Source of the DNA: a virus
Direction: 5' to 3' (one strand)
DNA: 64,000 nucleotides
Virus record (IMG/VR): IMGVR_UViG_3300044959_000131
Coordinates: 96,001-160,000 of that record
A program made the translations under genes and the position numbers. Below the pieces are notes generated by a model that worked only from the letters and a program-made list of their open reading frames with translations, was not told where the DNA came from and did not search any database. Shown in pieces: positions 28,438-38,868 of this stretch. Position 1 is the first letter of the stretch. Each line of letters starts with the position of its first letter.

Positions 28438-29214
28438 ATGACCTACTATCTTTCAAAGAATGCCTCTGTTAGTAAGCCTATGTCAGAGGCAGCGAAGCGA
28501 GTTGCTGAGTGGGTCAAGAAGAATCCACATCAGATTGCTGGTGCTGGTATTGGAGCAGCTCTCGCGGCACTTGGGACATATATCGTAAGTAGACCTGGTA
28601 AATCCGGCCGATCGATTGACCAAGGCGAGTCGAGCAAGCTCAAGCGACCAAAGAAGGACGAGACATTTGCCGAAGGTCTTGCTCGCATTTTTCACAATAC
28701 GAGAACAGAAATAGCAGATCTTGCTGCTAAGCATCCAGTGTCTATGGCTCTCGCGTCTGTTCCAACCGGAGCGGCCCTTGGACGCGCTATTGCAACTAAG
28801 CTCAAAACTGGGTCTGCCATGTACAAGCTCGCATCTCCAGAAATCATTGAACTTGTCAAGGAGTGGGGACGTGAGAGAGCAAGAAGGGAAACCTATACGC
28901 TGAACAGGATGTACGAGGCCACCGAGAAGTTGGCATTTGGAACGGACATCGGTCATGCCATCGGTTCCCTCGGGAGGCACATTATTAGGACACCATCTGC
29001 TACAAGGGCCATTATCGGTGCAGGGATAGGAGCCGCAAAACACTACTTGGTCGGTAATAATCAGGGTACGGCATCGCTTTTGGGTGATATGGCCCTTGGA
29101 GCAGGGGCTGGTCTAGGAGCACCACACGCCATAGGCTTGTTGAGTCGTATGAAGGGTGAAGGTTTTGGTGGCGCGATTGGCGAAGGTGTCCGTCGTGGTC
29201 TCGCTGGAAAGTAA
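28438..29214 (+). CDS. Glycine-zipper protein (K-x-A family)
   Basis: SKNAS, YKLAS and EKLAF motifs; GAGIGAALAALG, IIGAGIGAA and ALGAGAGLG helices. Confidence 0.65.
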   Translation: MTYYLSKNASVSKPMSEAAKRVAEWVKKNPHQIAGAGIGAALAALGTYIVSRPGKSGRSIDQGESSKLKRPKKDETFAEGLARIFHNTRTEIADLAAKHPVSMALASVPTGAALGRAIATKLKTGSAMYKLASPEIIELVKEWGRERARRETYTLNRMYEATEKLAFGTDIGHAIGSLGRHIIRTPSATRAIIGAGIGAAKHYLVGNNQGTASLLGDMALGAGAGLGAPHAIGLLSRMKGEGFGGAIGEGVRRGLAGK

Positions 29215-29241
29215 TGAGCTCGCGCTACCTGTGGATTATCA

Positions 29242-31002
29242 ATGTCCAGGCGCCTGCCGATCGATGCACACCTCATCGGTTACTGGGGCTTCGACGAGGC
29301 CCTGGAGACAGATACTGCAATCGATGGAACAGGCAACTCACTCGATCTGACAGTCAACGCTTCGAGTGGTACAGCTCCAGGTCGCGTTGGAAACTCTAGA
29401 CTGTTTGATGGCGCATCATCGTATGCGTCAATCTCCAGCGCACTACTCAGGTTGACTGGTGACCTGACGTTGATGGTATGGGCAAAGCTCAATTCCTACA
29501 ACCCGTCAGGTACACAGCTTCGAGCACTCATATCATGTGGCGGTCCAACGACGGGTGATAATCTACTGTACGGTGTTGCAGTAACTCTCTCTGGGCAACT
29601 GACATACCGTCACACATCAGCGTCCGGAGAAGTCGTCGTCTCAACGCCTCCGGGCACCATCAGGACGAATCAGTTCTATTTCATTGTGATTCGTCGAATC
29701 GCAAATGGACCGAACCAAGACATCGAAATCTACGTCGACAACGTTCTGAAGTCGACGACGGTTACTGTTGGTGGCTCACCGTCGTCGATGCCAGTTCCTC
29801 CACCGTTGCCAAATCCTTCGGCCATCTTCAGCGTTGGTCGTTCACAGAGAGAACCAGATTTCGCATTTTGGCATGGGGCTGTCGACGAACTCTCCGTCCA
29901 TGACGTTGCCCGCCCATACCATGCATACCTGATCGAGGCATACTATCGAGCATCTATTCGATCAGAGACTACTAAGCTGACAACTACGAACACAGTCGTC
30001 GCTGTGTCTAGTTACGACATGGGAGCTGGAGTCAGGTGGTGGTGTATCGAGAGAGACCAAGACCTCTACGTAGTCAAAGAGTCTCCATTCGGAAACTTTG
30101 GACCAGAGACCAGGCTCACGACGGTCGGTGGAGGCAACTCATCTCTCACTGGGTCTCCAGAGCTCATTTATGACGCTGCCAACGACACACTCTACGTATT
30201 CTTTGTATCTGGGAACCGAATCTACAAGCTGACGGCAAATTCGACCGACGATCCGGCCACCGTCAACATGCCGTATACGGCAGACACCGGTAGCATCATC
30301 AAATCAGTCGATAATATCGATGGAGGTCGGTTAGGAGACTCGTCTACTGGACAGAGAACTCCATTGGAGTCAGACTTTATCTACGTCAACAGGACTCCAA
30401 TCAAACTCAGCCTAGCCGAGGCTGGAAACCTAGGAGACTCGAGCACAGGAGGTTCCTATTCTTCAGTTGTTCAGGGGACTCCGAACGCACCGAATATCGA
30501 AATCATGACCTTGCCGACATATGGTCTTGGTCTGGTGATTGGTCCAAGAGACTCCGAGACCGGCGGCTATATGGCGTACCGTCTCGAAGGCGGAGTAGCA
30601 ACAGCTCTCCCAAGTCCAATTCTGTTGCCCGATCATTCCAATAGGTACTTTGTCCCTTTGTCATCTCGACCGTACGGAATGGCCTATTACGCAGAGGCCC
30701 TAACCGTAGAAGGGAGACCGAGCGGAGTTTTCACCCCAGTCATCGTCGATTTTTTCAACGAGACCTTCGAATCTCCAACTGGAGTCATTCAGTACGGTCG
30801 AAACGGCTCTGGAACGGATAACGGAAGCCTTGGCGACTCGTCAATTGGTGCTCGAGATATTCTCGTATCTGACTTCTCGTACGTAAACCGAGCTCCCCTC
30901 AAACTATCGACCCAAGACCCGAGCGTGGATCTTCTTGGCGATTCTTCGACCGGTCAAACGGCGATTGTGAATCAGGGCTCCATCACCGTGGTGGCACAAT
31001 GA
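29242..31002 (+). CDS. LamG/concanavalin-A-like domain virion protein with LGDSS repeats
   Basis: YWGFDE...GRVGNSRLFDG, LTLMVW and VDELSV motifs; four LGDSS(T/I)G copies. Confidence 0.75.
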   Translation: MSRRLPIDAHLIGYWGFDEALETDTAIDGTGNSLDLTVNASSGTAPGRVGNSRLFDGASSYASISSALLRLTGDLTLMVWAKLNSYNPSGTQLRALISCGGPTTGDNLLYGVAVTLSGQLTYRHTSASGEVVVSTPPGTIRTNQFYFIVIRRIANGPNQDIEIYVDNVLKSTTVTVGGSPSSMPVPPPLPNPSAIFSVGRSQREPDFAFWHGAVDELSVHDVARPYHAYLIEAYYRASIRSETTKLTTTNTVVAVSSYDMGAGVRWWCIERDQDLYVVKESPFGNFGPETRLTTVGGGNSSLTGSPELIYDAANDTLYVFFVSGNRIYKLTANSTDDPATVNMPYTADTGSIIKSVDNIDGGRLGDSSTGQRTPLESDFIYVNRTPIKLSLAEAGNLGDSSTGGSYSSVVQGTPNAPNIEIMTLPTYGLGLVIGPRDSETGGYMAYRLEGGVATALPSPILLPDHSNRYFVPLSSRPYGMAYYAEALTVEGRPSGVFTPVIVDFFNETFESPTGVIQYGRNGSGTDNGSLGDSSIGARDILVSDFSYVNRAPLKLSTQDPSVDLLGDSSTGQTAIVNQGSITVVAQ

Positions 31003-31589
31003 ATCCATACAGAGTCGAACTTCTATCAGAAGAAGAGACCGAGAGATTTCTGAAGATGATGGAAGGTCTTACCATATTTGGTAAGCATGTTCCGGATAAG
31101 CACCGTCGCATGCTGACAGCGGATGGATTCGAGCTCAAGGGTCAGTTCGAGCTCATCGCTCGTAATGTTGACTCTGGAGAAGTCGAGTGGCATCACAGCC
31201 AAGATAATCTCGTCACAGACCTCGGACGACACGCCTTCTGGGTCTCTGGATTCACAAACAACGCCATCGGTTTTCTCCCATCCAAAGAGACACCAGTACC
31301 GACAAGGCTGTCAATTTCTACGGACGCTTCGCAGAGCTTCTTGTCAGGAAGCCTGGGAAGTGGGTCGGTCACTCCGTCGACATATACAAAACAGTTTTCC
31401 ACGACGTTCGGCGCTCCGACCGCGAACAGAACACTTGGCACGATTTACATCGCTGCACCAGGTACTCACGATCCCAACCTTGGGGCTTGGAGCATCAGGG
31501 CGTATGCTCTTCTGACGCCTCCAAAAACTCAAACGACGACCCAGACACTTGAGGTCGTCTACAAAATTTCGATGAACCCGATCTACTGA
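30999..31589 (+). CDS. Putative tail/baseplate-associated structural protein
   Basis: FELIAR...NLVTDLGR N-terminus and QTLEVVYKI end, typical of fibre-attachment proteins; ATGA overlap. Confidence 0.5.
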   Translation: MNPYRVELLSEEETERFLKMMEGLTIFGKHVPDKHRRMLTADGFELKGQFELIARNVDSGEVEWHHSQDNLVTDLGRHAFWVSGFTNNAIGFLPSKETPVPTRLSISTDASQSFLSGSLGSGSVTPSTYTKQFSTTFGAPTANRTLGTIYIAAPGTHDPNLGAWSIRAYALLTPPKTQTTTQTLEVVYKISMNPIY

Positions 31590-31600
31590 GGGATTCTCTC

Positions 31601-34600
31601 ATGGCAATCAAAGACGTCATCGGCATTTTGACACTCAGAACACAGAATGGAGATGTTCTGCAAGATAGCAATCTCTCTTTTCGGATGCCTGCACTTTACA
31701 GGACCATCTATCGATGGAACAACAACTACGCTGGCGATGAGCCGTATATTTATACGCAGCCATTCAAACAAGCCTATCTTCTTGAAGATGACGACATCAC
31801 AGTCGGGCATGGTACTTTCGCTGGAACGAACTACCCCGTCTTCTTCACCAGCTCGATGTCGGCGTCTCAGATGACGACCTACGATCATCCACGATTCCGG
31901 AACACAAGGACTCTCGGAACCGTCCCGGCATCAGACATTCCAAGAGTCATCGGTTCCGTATCTGCGGCAAGTCGATATCCAGGTCAGGTAGGTGGGTGGG
32001 GAGCAGGAGATGAGACATTGTCAATCGTCGACATTCCAATCGATTACACACAGATTGGCAATGTCTATATTCACCCTGCCTACCAAACAACAGATACCGT
32101 TTCTACAACTCTTGGTGCTAACTACGTCACCTACACGAACGGACAATTTTGGGATGGAATCGCGGTTAGACCAGGCGGCTTCAACCTGGTCCGTATTGAA
32201 ACGGGTGCGGACGCCGGTTTCTACTTCATTCAGCACAATGACCGGACGAATAACAGGCTCTACCTTCGTTGTTTAGACGGTCGTAAGTTTTCCGCTCTCG
32301 CGACTGCATCCGGTCTGACGATGACTGCTTGCAGCGGACGTCGTGCCTGGTTCAACGAAACCAACATCATTCCTCTCTCGGTTGGAACGGTAGAAGCGGG
32401 TGGCAGATTCAATCCTCGAAAGGACGATGTAAACAATCGAAATAGTTTCATCCTGCGTGTGACCTTCGACAAAACAGGCTCGACTGAAGCGGCCGCAGGT
32501 ACGGAACAGCAGGGGAGCTATTTTATCTCTCTCAGGCCATTTACTCACGGAAGTGGTAGTCTTCTAGATACACAGGCCAACAGAGATGAAGGGGGACCAT
32601 CCAACAATTACCTTGTCGGGTTTAATCAAAACGATCCGAATCCACAGTGGTTTACTCACTTTACCGGAGGGGTAAATGGCATAGACATCGACTGGGACAA
32701 CCAGAGGGTTTGGTTCGGTTATACGGACGCTTCCAATCAATCAAGCATCGCCTTCTGGAGATACAAGACTTGCGAAGGTTTCCGTCATATCGCGTGCTAT
32801 TTGGGGAACGCTAAGCAAGCGAACTTCGTAAACCCGCCAATCGTTCTTGGTCCGGGAGATGTCATTACGAATGTCGAGATGGGTAGCCGAACGGGTTCGG
32901 CCAAGAACTGGTGCTACATCACCATCTACCATGCGTCTGGTGGAAACGCAGGCGTCGTCATCATCAAAGAGGGCCTGACGACTCTTCAGTATAGGGTTGC
33001 TGATGGCGTTCCGGCTTCGAAGCTAGCCGGTTCGGTAGTCGACAAAAGCCGAGCCCGTGAGTTCTCCAACATCACGACCACCGCCTCGACTAATGTCATT
33101 GTCGACAACGAAGGAGCTACGTTCACAGCAGCCGATATAGGAAGAGTCATCAAAATACACAGTGGTATCGACGCCGGTACTTACAAGATTGCAACCATCG
33201 TAAATTCAAACACAGTAACAGTCCAGACTCTGTCTGGCGGTACAGTGTCATTCAACGGCAGTTCTGGTGCGATGGCCGAAATCGGTGATCGTCTGTATCT
33301 GTTCTTCAACGATAACACGACCGGCGCCGGTAAGATTAACTACATGGAGTCGATGGCTCCTGGGACGTTCTTGACCAGAACTGTCTCGATGACTAACGGT
33401 GCCAACATCAATACAAGAACAGCTGGTGGTGCTGGACTTCGCTACGGACAGAAGAACTTGTGCTCAATCGATCGCGCGACAGGAGACGTGTACTGGCTCT
33501 CAAACGACGTACAACAACAAATCAACAAGTACGACGTCGCATCGAACACACACTCGTTCTTGACGATTTCAGATATCCAAGCTCCGGCTGGAGGTAGCCC
33601 TGCAAATCCTGCTACGCCGACCATCTTCACAGCAATTCACGTCAACACCAAGTTTGACCACATCTGGGTCGGTACGGATCAAGGACACGTTCGTCTTCTC
33701 AAGTCAAATTTTTCAGGAGCTACCGCAAAACGGTACTTCGGTAACGATGCGACGACATACGAAAATCCAGTCGGTTTCAAACGAAGTGCTGGGTGGGAGA
33801 CGTCAGGCGTCAACAACTACGTTCGCTCATATTGGGAACATGCCGATGGAAGAATGAGTGCTGGTCTTTCAGCTCCAAACTCAGGTTTGTTTGACAAAGC
33901 TTGGTACTCACAAGAAGCAGATAACTGGTTTTTCAAAGGCGACTTCAGGGGTAATAGCACCAACGAAGTTCCAGCCGAGGTACATGATCCGTACGGTAAT
34001 TTCTTGTATATCACACCACCCTTTATTAGCGGAGTTGGATCTCCACGAGTAATGCTTGGGCAATACGAAGTTCAATACCAGTGGGACAACGCAAACTCGA
34101 AATGGATTCCTCGCGAAGTCATTCAAAAAGGCCTTCCAAACAAATCTGTCTCAGATACTACAAATCCAGGCTGCCTAACGAGACCGATTCACTCAACCTT
34201 CGAGGATGTAGTTTTTGGAGTGAAGCTCCGTTTCAACCGTCAAGGAGGAGCAACTCCACCAAACAACGAGTTTCTTGGCAGGGCCGGACAAAGCAGAACA
34301 ACGACATCTGACGGTTCAACAACAGCCTCGTCGGCTACGTTCGGAGGATCTGGATTCGTCATCGGCGACGTTGGAAAACTTCTCAGGATCGAGACTGGGG
34401 CAGATGCTGGTGTGTATCGAATCAGCGGATACACCTCATCCACCTCTGTAACACTTGTAAACCTCGATGGTTCTGCTTTTTCGGCGACGGCGTCTGCTTC
34501 TGGTCTGACTTATACCGTATGGGATCTCGGTACGCCCGGTTCGAACGCAGGACCAGAGGACGTGACAATCCTACTTGCTGATGGGATCAGTAAGGACAAT

Positions 34601-36892
34601 ACACAAGACATTTCGGGCCTCACGTACGATGCGTTTGGATTCAAGAGCCGGTCTTACGAGGAGCAAGAAGGTCGTAAGTTCTGCGTCGAGACGCCCTTCC
34701 CAGTAGAAGGAACTACACAGGCACCAAAGGTCTACTTCGAGAAGTATCCTCGTACTTCCAATCAGTACGAACCAGCGGTAAGCCACCACCGCGCTTTGCC
34801 CAGTACTGAGTACCCCAGTGGAGGTCACGTACTCGACTTCATGGTCGATAAGTTCCTCGACGGGACCGGTGCCAAGGCAACAATGGATTCTGGGGCCGAC
34901 TGGTATAACTCATCCCCAAATACGACGCTCGGCTGGTCACTGATGGTCGATTTTGGGAAAGACATAGAGGTTGGTTTCGTACAAATCAGGTGGCGTGGAA
35001 GCGGTTCGGCTCCGTTTTCCATTACAAACTACACCTCTACATACCATGGTTTGATTGCGAACCTCTACAAGGCAAACAATGCGGGAGGTTCTCCGTCCAA
35101 CTCAAGCGTCGTCAGAACGAGCGGTTCGAATCTGGCAACAACGTCTGGATCGACGACTGTCTCCTTGACCTCAGGAGATTTCTTAGGTCCTCTGACCTCT
35201 GGACCGTTCACAAATGGTTCGATGGTCGCAGGGCAGAAGACGTTCTCTGCGCCACCTGGAACATTCTTTCAAAGTGACTTCATGAAAGTTCTGAAAGTCA
35301 CAGCCGGGGCCGGCTCGGACATCGGTTCGTACAGAATCATTGGTGTGTCTTTGGACGGTTCTACAGTGACGATTCGGAACCTAGACCAGACTGATAAGCT
35401 CTGGGGAACGAGCGCTTCTGGCGTAACCTATGAAGTGCGAGATGCCGTTCGAGAAGAAGACTTGTTGAACGTTTCGGGTGCTCGGCTTTGTGTCGAGAGG
35501 CTTCTCACACCGACATCGGCACAGGTCCGTACGGCCCCATCGTTTACAACCTCGAACGCCACGTGGTCAGCCGTCATCCCAACATGGGAGCATGTGAAGA
35601 GGCTCTCCTACAGCACCGAGGCCGAGCCTCCTGACGTCAAAAACAATGGTACTTGGTCCTCGAATTACGGTCGAAACGATTACAGCCAACCGCGAGATTC
35701 GAAATCGTACATGGATCTCACGGACCTGCCACCATCAAGAAGAACAGGTCGTTGGTGGAAATTTACTGCCATGCCAAGGTTTAATAGCCAACTTTTAGGC
35801 GGTTTATTATTCCACCTATGCTCATTCGAGTTCTATGACACAGCTGGAAACAAGTTGGGAACGAGCAGGTACGCTATGACAGACCAGGCTCGTACAAATC
35901 CCGACTTCTTCTACAGCTACCTGAGCAGAGTAGATTTTATTCAAGCCGCTCACGACGCTGCCGGTGGACCTTCCGCCGGTGTGAACGGGAACGGGAACCT
36001 TGGTGGAGTAAACGGAGATACCTTCACAACAGTAGGATCTCTTCCATTCAGAGGATTCGGTGTCAAACGCCCACTATTCACCGACGGCGTTGCGACATCT
36101 CCAAATACGTTCTCGTCCGCTACGGCAAATTGGGTCAGCGCGGATGTCGGTAGAATGATTCACATCTTGTCCGGCCCAAATGCCGGATACTACCGAATCG
36201 CGACGCTAGTATCATCGACAGCTGTTACGGTAACACGAATGTCTGGTGCACCAGTTTCGTTCACGAACGAATCAAACATCTCCTTCAGCGTGTACGAGGG
36301 CATCAATGCCGGGGGTGTGTACCCTGACAAGCTCTACTTCCCTGCTGATGGGAGGGAGTTCACCATCGCTTCAATCAGCGACGACATGCAGACAATCACG
36401 ATCGCCGAAACGTTTCAGAAACCACGAACGGGCGTTCAGTGGGAGATAAGGAGACCAGCTTACAATACTGCCTCTACGACGACAGATCCGTCCAAGACAG
36501 CTCGCCTTACGCTTCCTCAGTCGACGTATCCTGTGCAGAGCGGCGATATCTGCCATGACAGCACTGGTCATCACCGATTCTTCTCCGAAGACATCGGTCA
36601 GGGATGGAGCCGTTCGACCGGATCGACTCCTGGAGGTTCAACATTTGTTGGTGGTAGTACCGAACCTGTTTTCCATCCAGACTCAGCAGGAAGGCTTCTG
36701 TACATTGATACTGGGCCGAATGTCGGAGTCTATGAGATTGCCTCTGTCATAGACCAATACACCGTCACGCTGGTGAATCATTACACAGGCGGTTCGGTCT
36801 CCTTAACACCAGATGCTGGACCGATCACTTTTCGAGTATATGGAGAGAGGCGATTCCGAATTACCAGATACGTAACTGGATTGAGGGCATGA
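31601..36892 (+). CDS. Large tail/fibre-like structural protein with repeated beta modules
   Basis: 1763 aa, Thr/Ser/Gly-rich; six copies of a G(R/K)xxxIxxGxxxGxYxI-type module. Confidence 0.65.
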   Translation: MAIKDVIGILTLRTQNGDVLQDSNLSFRMPALYRTIYRWNNNYAGDEPYIYTQPFKQAYLLEDDDITVGHGTFAGTNYPVFFTSSMSASQMTTYDHPRFRNTRTLGTVPASDIPRVIGSVSAASRYPGQVGGWGAGDETLSIVDIPIDYTQIGNVYIHPAYQTTDTVSTTLGANYVTYTNGQFWDGIAVRPGGFNLVRIETGADAGFYFIQHNDRTNNRLYLRCLDGRKFSALATASGLTMTACSGRRAWFNETNIIPLSVGTVEAGGRFNPRKDDVNNRNSFILRVTFDKTGSTEAAAGTEQQGSYFISLRPFTHGSGSLLDTQANRDEGGPSNNYLVGFNQNDPNPQWFTHFTGGVNGIDIDWDNQRVWFGYTDASNQSSIAFWRYKTCEGFRHIACYLGNAKQANFVNPPIVLGPGDVITNVEMGSRTGSAKNWCYITIYHASGGNAGVVIIKEGLTTLQYRVADGVPASKLAGSVVDKSRAREFSNITTTASTNVIVDNEGATFTAADIGRVIKIHSGIDAGTYKIATIVNSNTVTVQTLSGGTVSFNGSSGAMAEIGDRLYLFFNDNTTGAGKINYMESMAPGTFLTRTVSMTNGANINTRTAGGAGLRYGQKNLCSIDRATGDVYWLSNDVQQQINKYDVASNTHSFLTISDIQAPAGGSPANPATPTIFTAIHVNTKFDHIWVGTDQGHVRLLKSNFSGATAKRYFGNDATTYENPVGFKRSAGWETSGVNNYVRSYWEHADGRMSAGLSAPNSGLFDKAWYSQEADNWFFKGDFRGNSTNEVPAEVHDPYGNFLYITPPFISGVGSPRVMLGQYEVQYQWDNANSKWIPREVIQKGLPNKSVSDTTNPGCLTRPIHSTFEDVVFGVKLRFNRQGGATPPNNEFLGRAGQSRTTTSDGSTTASSATFGGSGFVIGDVGKLLRIETGADAGVYRISGYTSSTSVTLVNLDGSAFSATASASGLTYTVWDLGTPGSNAGPEDVTILLADGISKDNTQDISGLTYDAFGFKSRSYEEQEGRKFCVETPFPVEGTTQAPKVYFEKYPRTSNQYEPAVSHHRALPSTEYPSGGHVLDFMVDKFLDGTGAKATMDSGADWYNSSPNTTLGWSLMVDFGKDIEVGFVQIRWRGSGSAPFSITNYTSTYHGLIANLYKANNAGGSPSNSSVVRTSGSNLATTSGSTTVSLTSGDFLGPLTSGPFTNGSMVAGQKTFSAPPGTFFQSDFMKVLKVTAGAGSDIGSYRIIGVSLDGSTVTIRNLDQTDKLWGTSASGVTYEVRDAVREEDLLNVSGARLCVERLLTPTSAQVRTAPSFTTSNATWSAVIPTWEHVKRLSYSTEAEPPDVKNNGTWSSNYGRNDYSQPRDSKSYMDLTDLPPSRRTGRWWKFTAMPRFNSQLLGGLLFHLCSFEFYDTAGNKLGTSRYAMTDQARTNPDFFYSYLSRVDFIQAAHDAAGGPSAGVNGNGNLGGVNGDTFTTVGSLPFRGFGVKRPLFTDGVATSPNTFSSATANWVSADVGRMIHILSGPNAGYYRIATLVSSTAVTVTRMSGAPVSFTNESNISFSVYEGINAGGVYPDKLYFPADGREFTIASISDDMQTITIAETFQKPRTGVQWEIRRPAYNTASTTTDPSKTARLTLPQSTYPVQSGDICHDSTGHHRFFSEDIGQGWSRSTGSTPGGSTFVGGSTEPVFHPDSAGRLLYIDTGPNVGVYEIASVIDQYTVTLVNHYTGGSVSLTPDAGPITFRVYGERRFRITRYVTGLRA

Positions 36893-36895
36893 TTC

Positions 36896-38707
36896 GTGAC
36901 TGTCTCTGCTATCAGTGGCATCACAATCGAGGGGCAGCCTCAGCAGCTCTCGAGCTTCATCCGATCCGGGGTCGTATATGTGATGTGGCACACGCCAATC
37001 ACGAACACCCTGAAGCGTCTGAGCTGGAAGCCGCATGACGCCCCGAACTTCGCGGAAGTCAGTCCTCAACTCGGAGGCCTGTTCAACAACCTATCGGCTC
37101 TATACGATCCTGCCACTGATCACGTAGTCGTCATATGGGACGATGGAACCTCCATCGACGGTAATCGAGATGGGTATTTGTACTCAGCTCGATTCAATCC
37201 AACGACTGGTGCCCTAGTATCCGGTCCTGTATCCCTCTTCCCAGGCTCAAATCCACGATTGGCGTATCGGCAGGGACAGGTCGGTGACTGGCTTCTCTAC
37301 TACAGGACGGCACGCAATGGCGGCGTCTATGGAAGAGTCAGCAAGAATGGAGGTCTGACCTGGGAATCTGGTTACCCATTGCTCAACAACAAGGTCGCCG
37401 ATACGAAATCCATAGAAGTCGTTTCGTTCTCATCCCAGAATGCGTCTATTGCTCAGATTGGAACGGAGACACGAAAGCTGAAAGAGGTATTCACTCTTAT
37501 TCGAACAAGACCTCTCACAAGCATCGTCAAGCATCCAACGCTTCCTAATCAGTTTTTCCTTGGCGAGCCGTCGAAGTTAAATGACTTGACTCTGACGGAC
37601 AACCTTAGAGGAGCACTCGTTCTATCAACAGACAACACGAAGCTCTACCATCTCGATGGGATCCAGCAAGGAACATCCGATGGAATTGGCGCCGTCTCGA
37701 AGATGATCGTCACTGGTATCGTCCCGTCCATTGTTGCCTCTGCTGGTCCAACAGGGAATGGTGACGATGTCAATGAGTATACTCTTACGCCGAGCGCAGG
37801 AACGCTGAATGTAGACCTTCCAGGAACATCATGTGCTGTCTCTCTCGGCGTTTCCGCTTCATATGGATATGTTGCCCAGTACGCAGACAACTCCTCAACG
37901 GCGGGTCAGTTTGTTGTCGTTAACCTTTCCACAGGAGCAACTGCAACTGCTCTCACTGGCATTCAAGGAGTCAGGGCTATTGCAGTAGCGAACTTCCTAT
38001 CTCCAGCTCTTATCTTCGTCGCTACGACAGAGGCTGGGGTTGAGAGACTTCGTGTCTACCAAGAGAATGCTCTTTCTCCAACGCTACTCCTGAATACGAA
38101 GCTCAACTCCAGGGCCAACGCCCTTACCGTGGTTATAGATCCAGCGAACCCAAGTGGCGCACTGATCTACGCTTCACTTACAGACAGGTTCAACATCTAC
38201 AAATACACGAACCCTTCGAAGCCTCTCATTTTACTCGACACAATTACTCTTCCAGGCGGCGGGACCTTCTTTCAGTCTCAAATTGCTTCAAACGGAAACA
38301 TCGTCGTCGCTTGCGGAAACGCAGGCGTGATGGTGATGGATCCAGACGGAAAAATCCTTGCCCAAGTTACGCTTTCCGGAAAGGTCGTCGAGCAGTGGAG
38401 GCCTCAAACAGCTTACGCATTGAACGCCCTTGTGCGTCCAAGGGACGTTCATCAGTTTTCAAGAAGCCGGTACTACTTCAAGGTCACAACCGCAGGAACT
38501 TCTGGAAAGTCTGAACCTCTCTGGGCGGCTAGTGGAACCGTATCTGACAACACAGTTGCTTGGCAGGCTGTTGGTGTAATGGACGGATATGCCACAGGCC
38601 TCGCCATCGATGAAGACACAAAGAGGATATACGCTGTTGGAACCGCCGGAGGACCATTGGGCACAGACGGCAGAGTGTGGTTGATTACAGCCAGTGGGTT
38701 ACTCTGA
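36896..38707 (+). CDS. Putative tail protein (propeller-like repeats plus C-terminal carbohydrate-binding-like motif)
   Basis: GTG start; WRPQTAY...YFKVTTAGTSG..EPLW....TVSDNTVAW motif. Confidence 0.55.
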   Translation: MTVSAISGITIEGQPQQLSSFIRSGVVYVMWHTPITNTLKRLSWKPHDAPNFAEVSPQLGGLFNNLSALYDPATDHVVVIWDDGTSIDGNRDGYLYSARFNPTTGALVSGPVSLFPGSNPRLAYRQGQVGDWLLYYRTARNGGVYGRVSKNGGLTWESGYPLLNNKVADTKSIEVVSFSSQNASIAQIGTETRKLKEVFTLIRTRPLTSIVKHPTLPNQFFLGEPSKLNDLTLTDNLRGALVLSTDNTKLYHLDGIQQGTSDGIGAVSKMIVTGIVPSIVASAGPTGNGDDVNEYTLTPSAGTLNVDLPGTSCAVSLGVSASYGYVAQYADNSSTAGQFVVVNLSTGATATALTGIQGVRAIAVANFLSPALIFVATTEAGVERLRVYQENALSPTLLLNTKLNSRANALTVVIDPANPSGALIYASLTDRFNIYKYTNPSKPLILLDTITLPGGGTFFQSQIASNGNIVVACGNAGVMVMDPDGKILAQVTLSGKVVEQWRPQTAYALNALVRPRDVHQFSRSRYYFKVTTAGTSGKSEPLWAASGTVSDNTVAWQAVGVMDGYATGLAIDEDTKRIYAVGTAGGPLGTDGRVWLITASGLL

Positions 38708-38856
38708 TGGCCGATCTATTCGTAACCATAGTATCTATTGTTCCGAAACCATCGACCTTCACAGTCGACAAGCCGAAGGACGATAAGGGAAATAGTCTCA
38801 GCAACGGGACATTTACCGGTCTGCAACAGGGCCAGCTTCAGACGCCCGGTAAGTGA
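38707..38856 (+). CDS. Small protein, 49 aa (absent from ORF track)
   Basis: TGATG coupling to the previous gene; MADLFVTIVSIVPKPSTFTVDKPKDDKGNSLSNGTFTGLQQGQLQTPGK. Confidence 0.55.
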   Translation: MADLFVTIVSIVPKPSTFTVDKPKDDKGNSLSNGTFTGLQQGQLQTPGK

Positions 38857-38868
38857 AAGGAGAGTGCC

